In this document: piece by piece, positions 18,210 to 25,999 of the stretch
How positions within the stretch are numbered: the first letter of the stretch is position 1
Layout: each line of letters starts with the position of its first letter
Origin: Saprospiraceae bacterium
Lineage (GTDB): Bacteria; Bacteroidota; Bacteroidia; Chitinophagales; Saprospiraceae
DNA: 63,810 bases
Assembly: GCA_020848965.1 (NCBI GenBank)
Contig: JADLHE010000005.1
Location: forward strand, 1 to 63,810
Direction: 5' to 3'
Program-made: the position numbers and the translations under genes
The notes under the pieces: model-generated
Databases searched by the model: none
What the model was told of the DNA's origin: nothing
Seen by the model: only the letters and a program-made list of their open reading frames with translations

Positions 18210-18369
18210 AATGGTTCGTGAAGTGTCGGGTTTAAATTTTCAGGGAAGAACCTGCAATACTCATTTTTGGAAGGGTTGATTTGCTATCAAAGCCATTTCA
18301 AAAATGCCGTCATTTCATTTGCCGTAGAAGTTCCGTGAAACCTGAAACTTTAAACCTTTACGAACCATT
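18210..18369. repeat. ~160-bp palindromic MITE/REP-like element, copy 1
   Basis: Termini AATGGTTCGTGAAG... and ...CTTTACGAACCATT are inverted. The arms are built from GGTTT / AAACC 7-nt-periodic words. The element ends 2 nt from the stop codon at 18371. Confidence 0.6.
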
Positions 18370-18370
18370 A

Positions 18371-18712
18371 TTATTGGATGGCCTTCAACAGTTCTTCGTA
18401 CACCTTCACCCGGTTTTTGTTGAGGCCGAATGAGCCTGTTTTGAAAATGGTGTAGATGAAATAGGCCATTCCCATCAAAAATATATAGACGGTGATTTGG
18501 CTGAACTTGGTCAAAAACAAGGCTGCCGTGTAGGCCACGAACCAAACACCCCCAAACCAGATGTCACGCTGTATCAGCTTTTTGAAGTAGGCAATTTTCT
18601 CCTCTAGCCACTCGGCGCTGAGGTCTTCTTGTGCCTTCAGGATGATTTGTTCCTTTTTTGGCAAAATGCTGATGATGCGTTCCAACTCTTTGGGCTGCAA
18701 TTTTTTACCCAT
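18371..18712 (-). CDS. small membrane protein (2 TM), unknown function
   Basis: ATG start; two hydrophobic helices in the C-terminal half. Confidence 0.5.
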   Translation of the reverse strand: MGKKLQPKELERIISILPKKEQIILKAQEDLSAEWLEEKIAYFKKLIQRDIWFGGVWFVAYTAALFLTKFSQITVYIFLMGMAYFIYTIFKTGSFGLNKNRVKVYEELLKAIQ

Positions 18713-18787
18713 TGCTCGTTTCTGTTTTTAAAAATAGATGGAAATTAGAAATAACGGGATGAAAGTACGGATACTGGCCAAGTTGGT

Positions 18788-19462
18788 TCATGCTTGGTCG
18801 TTTTCCAGCTCCACATTTTCGAGGTACCCGGTCGCACGGAAGTAAAAGCCAGCGACCAAGCCCATTGCGAAGCCACCGATATGCGCCCACCACGCCACGC
18901 CGCCGCCCGATTCACTGGCCATTGCCGAGGTGCCATACGACCATTGCTGCAAAATCCAAAGACCAAGAAATATCCATGCGCTGATGCGGAAAGGAAAGAT
19001 GATGAATAGCATCTTGATGCGGGAGGTAGGGTGCATGACCAAATAGGCCCCCATCACCGCCGAAATGGCCCCGCTGGCCCCGACCATCGGCATTTCGCTG
19101 TGCATGTTGAAGTAGATATGCGAAAACACCGCTACCAGCCCACCGAGAAAATAGAAAACGACGAATTTGAAGCTGCCCACTGTCGCCTCGATATTGTCGG
19201 CAAAGACCCAAAGGAAGAGCATGTTGCCGATGAGGTGCCACCAATCGCCGTGCATGAACATGCTGGTGAAGAGCGTGAACAGGTCTTGACCACTGGTTAT
19301 TTCGGCGGGGATGGCCCCGAAGTGAAGGTCGAGGGCGTCCTGCTGTTCGGGATTCAGGGTGACTTTGTAGATGAAACAGGCGACGTTCAGCAAAATGAAA
19401 GCGTAGCTGAAAAAAGGAAAGTGGCCGCCTTTTACTTGGTCATCGCCAATAGGGAAAATCAT
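18788..19462 (-). CDS. rhomboid-family intramembrane serine protease
   Basis: ORF 18788..19519; the ATG at 19462 gives MIFPIGDDQ. Motifs HGDWWHLIGNMLFLW, GASGAISAVMGAY (GxSG) and HIGGFAMG. Confidence 0.85.
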   Translation of the reverse strand: MIFPIGDDQVKGGHFPFFSYAFILLNVACFIYKVTLNPEQQDALDLHFGAIPAEITSGQDLFTLFTSMFMHGDWWHLIGNMLFLWVFADNIEATVGSFKFVVFYFLGGLVAVFSHIYFNMHSEMPMVGASGAISAVMGAYLVMHPTSRIKMLFIIFPFRISAWIFLGLWILQQWSYGTSAMASESGGGVAWWAHIGGFAMGLVAGFYFRATGYLENVELENDQA

Positions 19463-19469
19463 GCTTTGC

Positions 19470-19541
19470 GAGGATTTGAAGATGCGTGGATTCGAGGATT
19501 CGTGCGGGGGGCATCTCAAATCCTCGCATCTTCAAATCCTC
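19470..19541. repeat. 17-bp perfect inverted repeat built from GAGGATT(T/C) octamer words, between two minus-strand genes
   Basis: GAGGATTTGAAGATGCG (19470-19486) and CGCATCTTCAAATCCTC (19525-19541). The spacer contains further GGATTCGAGGATTC / AAATCCT words. Confidence 0.85.
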
Positions 19542-19553
19542 AAATCCTCACTA

Positions 19554-19910
19554 TTAAAGGTCCCAGAAAGACCGTGGACGGTTATAGACTTTGATAGTGT
19601 CGGAGATGGTCTGCCAGAAGTACCAGATGACCACACCGGCCACGGGCAGATAGGCCAGTTCGCCTACGAAGCGCATCCACAGCGGTAGGCTCACGGCCAG
19701 CACGATGGCAGTCTTCACGTAGTTCAGCCGCTTGATATGGCTATATACATATATAAGGTGGATGGCGCTCGCCATTTGCCAGATGCCCAGTGCCACGAGC
19801 ATGGTGTTCGTGCTGCGCATGCCCGTTGCGAAGAAGGCCAGCAGCACAATGGCCACTATCAAAACGGCCTGCCCCAGCAGGTCAATCTTCATCCTGAATT
19901 TTGAAATCAT
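19554..19910 (-). CDS. membrane protein (about 4 TM), unknown function
   Basis: 118-aa hydrophobic ORF with an ATG start. Confidence 0.5.
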   Translation of the reverse strand: MISKFRMKIDLLGQAVLIVAIVLLAFFATGMRSTNTMLVALGIWQMASAIHLIYVYSHIKRLNYVKTAIVLAVSLPLWMRFVGELAYLPVAGVVIWYFWQTISDTIKVYNRPRSFWDL

Positions 19911-19937
19911 AGCAAGCTATCTTTGCGGCTTCCTAAA

Positions 19938-19995
19938 GGTTACTGGTCAATGCTTATTGGTCGTTAAAGACCCCAATGAACAGTGGCTAATGACC
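19938..19995. repeat. GGTCATT-family 7-nt-periodic word array with an inverted half
   Basis: GGTTACT GGTCAAT GCTTATT GGTCGTT AAAGACC CCAATGA ACAGTGG CTAATGA CC. Confidence 0.6.
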
Positions 19996-20019
19996 TTCTA
20001 AGAGTCAAAATTACCAAAA

Positions 20020-20601
20020 ATGCCCATTACTCCCGACCTCGTTTCCGAACTGATTCGCAAAAGGCGGTCAATTTTCCCGAAAACCTACAATGACAAGCCG
20101 ATACCCCGGCCCCTCATCGAAGAGGTGCTCGAAAATGCCAATTGGGCACCCACCCATCGCCTCACCGAGCCTTGGCGTTTCAAGGTCTTCACTGGCGCTT
20201 CGCTTCAACGTTTGGGCGATTACCTCGGCGATTTTTATAGAAACAACACGCCACCGGAGGAGTTTTCAGAAACCAAGTATAAAAAGTCGAAAGAAAGCCC
20301 TTTGCGGTCGGCCTGCGTAATCGCCATCTGTATGAAACGGGATGAAACGGGCAGCGTGCCGGAGTGGGAAGAACTGGCCGCCGTGGCCTGCGCCGTGCAA
20401 AATATGTGGCTAACCTGTACTGCCCACGGCATTGGCAGCTATTGGAGCACCCCGAAGGCGGCCCTTGTAGCCGATGAATTCCTAGGCTTGGGCGAAGGGG
20501 AACGCTGCCTCGGTCTCTTCTACATGGGCTACCATGACCTACCCGACTTGCCCGGAAAGCGGTCGCCCATTTCGGAGAAAACAACTTGGATACTTGAGTG
20601 A
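20020..20601 (+). CDS. nitroreductase-family protein
   Basis: RRSIFPKTY...NWAPTHRLTEPWRF is typical of the NAD(P)H nitroreductase fold; 193 aa. Confidence 0.75.
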   Translation: MPITPDLVSELIRKRRSIFPKTYNDKPIPRPLIEEVLENANWAPTHRLTEPWRFKVFTGASLQRLGDYLGDFYRNNTPPEEFSETKYKKSKESPLRSACVIAICMKRDETGSVPEWEELAAVACAVQNMWLTCTAHGIGSYWSTPKAALVADEFLGLGEGERCLGLFYMGYHDLPDLPGKRSPISEKTTWILE

Positions 20602-20632
20602 GAAATGGGCTGTGAGGTTTGGGTTAAGGGTT

Positions 20633-20677
20633 GCGAGCGGATTACTCGAAACTCGAAACTCAAAACTCAAAACTTCT
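20633..20677. repeat. ACTCGAA/ACTCAAA heptamer array with GCGAGC head, 5 nt upstream of the pabB ATG
   Basis: GCGAGCGGATTACTCGAAACTCGAAACTCAAAACTCAAAACTTCT. Near-identical to 62774..62813. Confidence 0.85.
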
Positions 20678-20681
20678 AAGG

Positions 20682-21980
20682 ATGACGAGGCTTTCCGAAA
20701 TATTTCCCCTTCCAATCGGCCATGATTTCAAGCAACGAGCCTTCCGCTGGGCGAGCCAGTTCGAGGTGTCTTGCTATCTGGACAGCAACGGCTACCAAGG
20801 CGTCGTCGGCAGTGAGCATGATTGTCTGTTGGCGGTTGGTGTTGCTTCGCAATTGCTGCTAAAAACCGAAGCTGGTGCCTTCAATGCGCTGAAAAATTAC
20901 GTGGACGGCCACCAAGACTGGCTTTTCGGCTACCTTACCTACGACCTGAAGAACGACGTGGAACCCCGTCTTTCTTCAAAAAACCACGATGGCATTGGCT
21001 TCCCCGCCCTGCATTTTTTCCAACCAGCGGTGGTCATGGAGATTGCGCAGCAAAGTGTCACCATTCACAGCCTAACAGATTTGCCGCAGCTACTCTACAA
21101 AACCATCAACAGTTTGCCACATACAGTACGGGTTGGCGCAATCCGCAATCCGCAATCCGCAATCCGCAATAGAATACACAAGGCCGATTACCTAGAAACC
21201 ATCCAAGCCATCCGCCAGCACATCCTTCGGGGCGATATTTACGAGATGAATTTTTGCCAAGAATTCTTCGCAGAGGATTGCCTGATTGATGCCCCTGCCG
21301 TTTTTCAAAAATTGAACGGCCTTGGGAAAGCTCCTTTCTCAGGTTATTACCGCCTTGCCGACCGCCACCTACTTTGCGCCAGCCCTGAGCGGTTTTTGAA
21401 AAAAATAGGCAGTAAGCTCATATCGCAGCCCATCAAAGGTACCCGCCGCAGGGGCCGTACCGTCGAAGAAGATGCCGCATTGCGCCAGCAACTCTACCAA
21501 AGCCAGAAAGACCGCTCCGAAAATGTGATGATTGTTGACCTCGTTCGCAACGACCTCGCCCGCTCCTGCCGGGCAGGTAGCGTGCTGGTGGATGAACTGT
21601 ACGGCATTTATCCGTTCGAGCAGGTGCTCCAAATGATTTCGACGGTGAGCGGCGAGCTGTTGCCGGACGTACATCCCGTGGACGCCATACGCCGCTCCTT
21701 CCCGATGGGCTCCATGACCGGGGCGCCCAAGGTGCGCAGCATGGAACTGATAGAGCAGTACGAACAGACTAAACGGGGACTGTATTCCGGGGCGGTAGGC
21801 TACTTCACCCCGCAGGGCGATTTTGACTTCAATGTGGTTATCAGAAGTATCCTCTACAACGCCGCCGACCGTTTCCTGAGCTTCCAGGCTGGCGGGGCCA
21901 TCGTCTTTGATTCGGAGCCGGAAAGTGAGTATGAAGAGAGCCTTCTCAAGGCTCAAGGCATGTTCAAGGTGCTGTCTTGA
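20682..21980 (+). CDS. pabB: aminodeoxychorismate synthase component I (chorismate-binding enzyme family)
   Basis: ORF 20631..21980; the ATG at 20682 gives MTRLSEIF. Motifs PIKGTRRRG, VRNDLAR, SFPMGSMTGAPK and GGAIVFDS. Confidence 0.8.
   Translation: MTRLSEIFPLPIGHDFKQRAFRWASQFEVSCYLDSNGYQGVVGSEHDCLLAVGVASQLLLKTEAGAFNALKNYVDGHQDWLFGYLTYDLKNDVEPRLSSKNHDGIGFPALHFFQPAVVMEIAQQSVTIHSLTDLPQLLYKTINSLPHTVRVGAIRNPQSAIRNRIHKADYLETIQAIRQHILRGDIYEMNFCQEFFAEDCLIDAPAVFQKLNGLGKAPFSGYYRLADRHLLCASPERFLKKIGSKLISQPIKGTRRRGRTVEEDAALRQQLYQSQKDRSENVMIVDLVRNDLARSCRAGSVLVDELYGIYPFEQVLQMISTVSGELLPDVHPVDAIRRSFPMGSMTGAPKVRSMELIEQYEQTKRGLYSGAVGYFTPQGDFDFNVVIRSILYNAADRFLSFQAGGAIVFDSEPESEYEESLLKAQGMFKVLS
21137..21171. 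repeat. heptamer array CGCAATC x~5 inside the pabB CDS
   Basis: Read directly. Encodes GAIRNPQSAIRN. Confidence 0.9.
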
Positions 21981-22295
21981 TATTTTTATTTCCTTATATT
22001 AGTTTTTTGGCAAGGTAATTGATTTTATTCTGAGTGTACGTTAGTTGGTGCAATCACAATAATTTATGCAAGTGATTTTTTTTGCACTTGAAGATTGTGC
22101 CCATCCAAATTCGAAATTTACTGATACTCAAATTGTCCCATGCAACATTTGTACTTTGAATGTAAAAATCCTTTTGTGCAGTTTATCTGTACGGAGTGGG
22201 TTGCATGGGGTTGTCCTTCCCTTTCGTAAGTCCTTCCCTTTTCGGCCTTCTCATTTTTGATATACTATTTCTCATCTCAAAAACGGTTTTAGGCT

Positions 22296-22415
22296 ATGAT
22301 TATCTTTCAATTTGCACTCGGAGCGTTCCTACTTGGTGGTGGTGTAATTACCCTCACAAACTGGCTGGCAGAGAAGCGGCTGGAGAACAAGGGACTGGAG
22401 AATTTGCATGCCTGA
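22296..22415 (+). CDS. possible 39-aa membrane peptide (MIIFQFALGAFLLGGGVITLTNWLAEKRLENKGLENLHA)
   Basis: Own reading. It is the only ATG ORF with a clear hydrophobic helix in an otherwise ORF-poor AT-rich region. No further support. Confidence 0.2.
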   Translation: MIIFQFALGAFLLGGGVITLTNWLAEKRLENKGLENLHA

Positions 22416-22673
22416 TAGCATCCGAACTCGACTATAAACCCTGTTTGTACTGACTGCTTTTACCGCTAACACGACGAACTTTACTACCGTCATTTTCACG
22501 GCATCCCAAAAACCGGTGAAAATGACGCAGGCATCCCACTGTTTACCTACTTCATTCGGGCTTTCATCGTCATTGGTTCACCCAATTTGGGTCTGTTACT
22601 TGGTCTCGGAAACCTCTTTGCCTCGCAACTTCCGCTTGGCAGTTTCCATCTCAATTCTTTCCACGAATGCGGA

Positions 22674-22722
22674 AACACACCCTTGTCGCCAGTAGGTTTA
22701 CTGGCGGCAAGGGTTGTGTGTT
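22674..22722 (-). terminator. long hairpin just downstream of the M20 amidohydrolase stop
   Basis: AACACACCCTTGTCGCCAGT / ACTGGCGGCAAGGGTTGTGTGTT, a ~20-bp near-perfect stem with a 6-nt loop. Weak U-tract. Confidence 0.45.
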
Positions 22723-22727
22723 TATTA

Positions 22728-24005
22728 CTAAATACCTTCCAACTCCCGCACCGCCAACCAGCTCATCAGCCCCATGCCCACCAGCAGGCTGTCTTCGTCC
22801 ACGTCGAAAGTATCGGTGTGGATGGGCGAGGTGATGCCACGGGCCACATTGCCCGTGCCAAGGCGGTAAAAACAGGCGGGAATCACTTGGGAGTAATAGG
22901 CGAAATCCTCCGCCGTCATGCGCATGGGCAGGTCAACCACGTTTTCTTCGCCCAAATACTCCACGGCAAACTGGCGGCTGCGCAAGGTGAGCGCCTCGTC
23001 ATTTTTCAGGAATGGATAGCCTTTCATGATATGGAAATCGCAACTGCCGCCCATGCCCTCGGCAATGGATTCGGCCATTTTTTTCATTAAAATATGCGCC
23101 TTGGCACGCCAAGCTTCGTCCATGGTGCGGAAGGTGCCCTCCATTTTCACCTCATTGGGTATGACGTTGGTGGAGCCGCCCGTCGAATTGATTTTGCCGA
23201 AGGTGACCACCGATGGCACAATGGGGTTGCAGTTCCTGCTCACGATTTGCTGCAGCGCAACAACGATATGGGACGTGATGAGCACTGGGTCAACGGCATC
23301 GTGCGGTACGGCACCGTGGCCGCCTTTGCCTCGCACGGTCACATACAACTCGTCGGCACTGGCCATGAACATGCCAGGGCGGAAGCCCACCTTCCCCGTT
23401 GCGAGTGCGGGCAGTACGTGCTGCCCGATGATATGTGCTGGAGTAGGGTTTTCCAAGACGCCTTCTGCAATGAGTATGGAGGCACCGCCCGGCAACCGCT
23501 CTTCGGCGGGTTGGAAAATCAGCTTGACGGTTCCTTCTATTTCGCTCCGCAATTCGTGAAGGATGCGGGCCACACCGAGCAGCGAGGCAGAATGCACGTC
23601 GTGTCCACAGGCGTGCATAACCCCCTCTTTTTGAGACTTATAGGAGACATTGTTGGCCTCGGCGATGGGCAGTGCATCAATATCGGCCCGCAGGGCAATG
23701 GTCTTGCTCGCCGGGTTTTTACCTTCGATATAGGCCACCACGCCGTGCTCGCCCCAACCATGCTCGTGCCTTATTCCGTAGTCATGTAGTTGCTGCGCAA
23801 TGAACTTCCCGGTCTCCACTTCTTGGAACGAAAGCTCCGGGTGGCTGTGCAAATGGCGGCGTATGGCCACGATGTCGGGGTGGAACTTGGCGGCCAGTTG
23901 TTTGATTCTCTCTTTCAAGTTGAAGTATTTTCTACAAAATACGGCCAAGTCGAGCAGTTTGATTGGTTTTTTTAATAAAAAATGCGCTCGGAGGTCAAAA
24001 ACCAC
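22728..24005 (-). CDS. M20-family amidohydrolase (N-acyl-L-amino-acid amidohydrolase type)
   Basis: IRRHLHSHPELSFQE and MHACGHDVH motifs. The true start may lie downstream of the track start. Confidence 0.8.
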   Translation of the reverse strand: MVFDLRAHFLLKKPIKLLDLAVFCRKYFNLKERIKQLAAKFHPDIVAIRRHLHSHPELSFQEVETGKFIAQQLHDYGIRHEHGWGEHGVVAYIEGKNPASKTIALRADIDALPIAEANNVSYKSQKEGVMHACGHDVHSASLLGVARILHELRSEIEGTVKLIFQPAEERLPGGASILIAEGVLENPTPAHIIGQHVLPALATGKVGFRPGMFMASADELYVTVRGKGGHGAVPHDAVDPVLITSHIVVALQQIVSRNCNPIVPSVVTFGKINSTGGSTNVIPNEVKMEGTFRTMDEAWRAKAHILMKKMAESIAEGMGGSCDFHIMKGYPFLKNDEALTLRSRQFAVEYLGEENVVDLPMRMTAEDFAYYSQVIPACFYRLGTGNVARGITSPIHTDTFDVDEDSLLVGMGLMSWLAVRELEGI

Positions 24006-24131
24006 CCGTGCGCATTCTTATCAAAAAGCTTTAACTCGTCCAGATTCAGCAGGCACTGACTGCCATCCCGAAATATCGGGACAAGACCTGCCACCTGTCC
24101 AACTGTTTACCCCTTTGGGGCCAACTCTAAA

Positions 24132-24830
24132 TCAGTCCACCCGTAGGTCCTCAAACTTACAGCCCGGACACTCGGTCTTGGCGAAGGTAAAGGTGCTGGC
24201 TGCTACGGTCTTGTTCGGCGTGAGTTTGTTCACGGTTAGGTTGTAACGGGAGCCATCCTTTCCGAAGGACTTGATGCTGATGATTTCCAGCGTCTTTTTA
24301 TCGAGGGTCAGGCGCACTTTTGAGTAATCGGAGCCTTTGGTGGTTGGCTTGAACTCAATTTGCTGCAACAGCTTACCGGCCTCGCTGTATTCGTTGGTGA
24401 TGGCATAAACGTAGTCCTTCCAGGCATAAGCCTTCAGCAGGTCTTGTGGGGAGGAGATGCCGCCTTCGCCCTCATCGCCTTCCACGTCGTTGATTTGTAC
24501 CTCTTTGTTTTTGGGGATGTGCAGCCAAACCGACTTCCCGTCAGATACCATTGTGCGGTCGTTGAACTTCAGACGGTATTTTTCGCCCTGTTGGGTCAAG
24601 GTGCCCTTTTGGGTTTGCTTGGGCTGTTGCGGCACTTCGATTTCGAGGGAAAACTCGGCCTCCAATGTGCTGTAAGCCTCATATTTCTTGCGCATCTTCT
24701 CCAGCACGGCCTTGGCTGCTGGGTCGGAGGTCTCTTGCTGGGCTTTGACGGGGGCTGGTTTTGATTTTTGGGCAATTGCTACCGAGGCGCCGAAAAGGAC
24801 AAGGAGCAATAGCATAAGGTAATTTCGCAT
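24132..24830 (-). CDS. LolA-like outer-membrane lipoprotein carrier family protein
   Basis: Signal peptide followed by AKAVLEKMRKKYEAYSTLEAEFSLEI...GEKYRLKF, typical of the LolA-like fold. Confidence 0.55.
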   Translation of the reverse strand: MRNYLMLLLLVLFGASVAIAQKSKPAPVKAQQETSDPAAKAVLEKMRKKYEAYSTLEAEFSLEIEVPQQPKQTQKGTLTQQGEKYRLKFNDRTMVSDGKSVWLHIPKNKEVQINDVEGDEGEGGISSPQDLLKAYAWKDYVYAITNEYSEAGKLLQQIEFKPTTKGSDYSKVRLTLDKKTLEIISIKSFGKDGSRYNLTVNKLTPNKTVAASTFTFAKTECPGCKFEDLRVD

Positions 24831-24939
24831 GGTTCTTCTATTTTTTGATTCAGTTTTCTAAACGTTTCAGACGAGGTTTTAGTCGTTTTGCAACAAGGTC
24901 ACAGGGTTAAAAAAAGTTTAAACCTATTTTCAGTTGGGA

Positions 24940-25263
24940 TTAGAAATGGTCGGCAGGGTTCCAGAAATGCCGTTCAAAGTCCACAATTTGGTCGTTTTCG
25001 ACCTTTACGCCTTCTTTCTCCAACAACTCCTGCATAAGGCCCGGTGGCCTGAAATGTGCCCTACCGGACAGCTCGCCTTTGCGATTGACAACCCGATGCG
25101 CTGGCACGTCGCCTGCCCCAAAGCAGTTGTTCAGCGCCCAGCCCACCATCCTAGCTGCGCCCAGCGATAAAAAACTGGCAATGGCGCCATAAGTAGTCAC
25201 CCGGCCTTCGGGCACGCAGCGCACCACATCATAAACTTGCTCGAAATAGGATTCTTTTGGCAT
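24940..25263 (-). CDS. MGMT-family DNA-binding protein lacking the acceptor cysteine (alkyltransferase-like)
   Basis: VPEGRVTTYGAIA...VPAHRVVN. The PCHRV active site reads PAHRV. Confidence 0.75.
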   Translation of the reverse strand: MPKESYFEQVYDVVRCVPEGRVTTYGAIASFLSLGAARMVGWALNNCFGAGDVPAHRVVNRKGELSGRAHFRPPGLMQELLEKEGVKVENDQIVDFERHFWNPADHF

Positions 25264-25318
25264 GTACTCCTTAGTTCACAGTGTTTTAGCTTTGCCAAAA
25301 ATTGCATCAAGCTCAACA

Positions 25319-25954
25319 ATGGGAAAGACAAAGATAAAGGCAAGTGCCGTCAACAACCTCACAGACGCCCGATATTTTGCCGCAAGAGAGGTCGAGTGGC
25401 TAGGGTTTCGCTTGGATGATACTACTTCGTTCATGGCCGCCAAGGCCATTGCAGAATGGGTGGACGGGGTGAAAATCGTTGGCGAATTTGATTTTTCAAC
25501 GGCTGAAGAGATACTAGCCGCTCATGCGCAATTGCGTTTTGATGCCGTAGAAATTGGCAGGTATATGCCCTTGCATGAATTGGAAAAACTGGAAGGCATT
25601 CCCGTCATTCAATCCATTGTCGTTGAAAAAACGAGTAATGAAGCGGATTTGGTGGCTTTCCTAAACGAGCGGGCGCCTTTCTGCAGCTATTTTTTATTGG
25701 ATTTTGAAAAATCAGGCATCACTTGGGCCATGCTCAAGGCGGGCATGCCCGTGTCGGTTGCTTTTTTGAATTCGATTTTTGCGCAGCAAAAAACTTTGGT
25801 GGCCCTAGTGTTCCAGGGCGAAGAGCTGGGCGAAATGCTTGAAATGCTTCACCCACATGGCTTGAGCCTGATGGGCGGCGACGAGGAGAAAGTAGGGTTT
25901 AAATCTTTTGACGAGTTGGACGAAATACTTGACGGCTTGGAAGCGACAGTTTGA
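25319..25954 (+). CDS. phosphoribosylanthranilate-isomerase-like (TrpF-fold) protein, probably non-canonical
   Basis: ORF 25262..25954; the ATG at 25319 gives MGKTKIKASAVNNLTDARYFAAREVEWLGF, collinear with the TrpF N-terminus. C-terminus GGDEEKVGFKSFDELDEIL. Confidence 0.4.
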   Translation: MGKTKIKASAVNNLTDARYFAAREVEWLGFRLDDTTSFMAAKAIAEWVDGVKIVGEFDFSTAEEILAAHAQLRFDAVEIGRYMPLHELEKLEGIPVIQSIVVEKTSNEADLVAFLNERAPFCSYFLLDFEKSGITWAMLKAGMPVSVAFLNSIFAQQKTLVALVFQGEELGEMLEMLHPHGLSLMGGDEEKVGFKSFDELDEILDGLEATV

Positions 25955-25999
25955 ACGCTGTCCCGCTTGGAAGTTTTCACGTTTTTATTCTTATTTGAA

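Noticed and set aside
20631-20681. N-terminal extension of pabB (MRADYSKLETQNSKLLR)
   Set aside because: It is only the ACTCGAA heptamer array translated. The ATG at 20682 follows directly.
22066-22453. 64-aa and 85-aa plus-strand ORFs in the AT-rich spacer
   Set aside because: They are Cys/Phe/Leu-rich products of AT-rich DNA with no motifs, and they overlap each other. Only the 39-aa hydrophobic ORF was kept, as a low-confidence feature.
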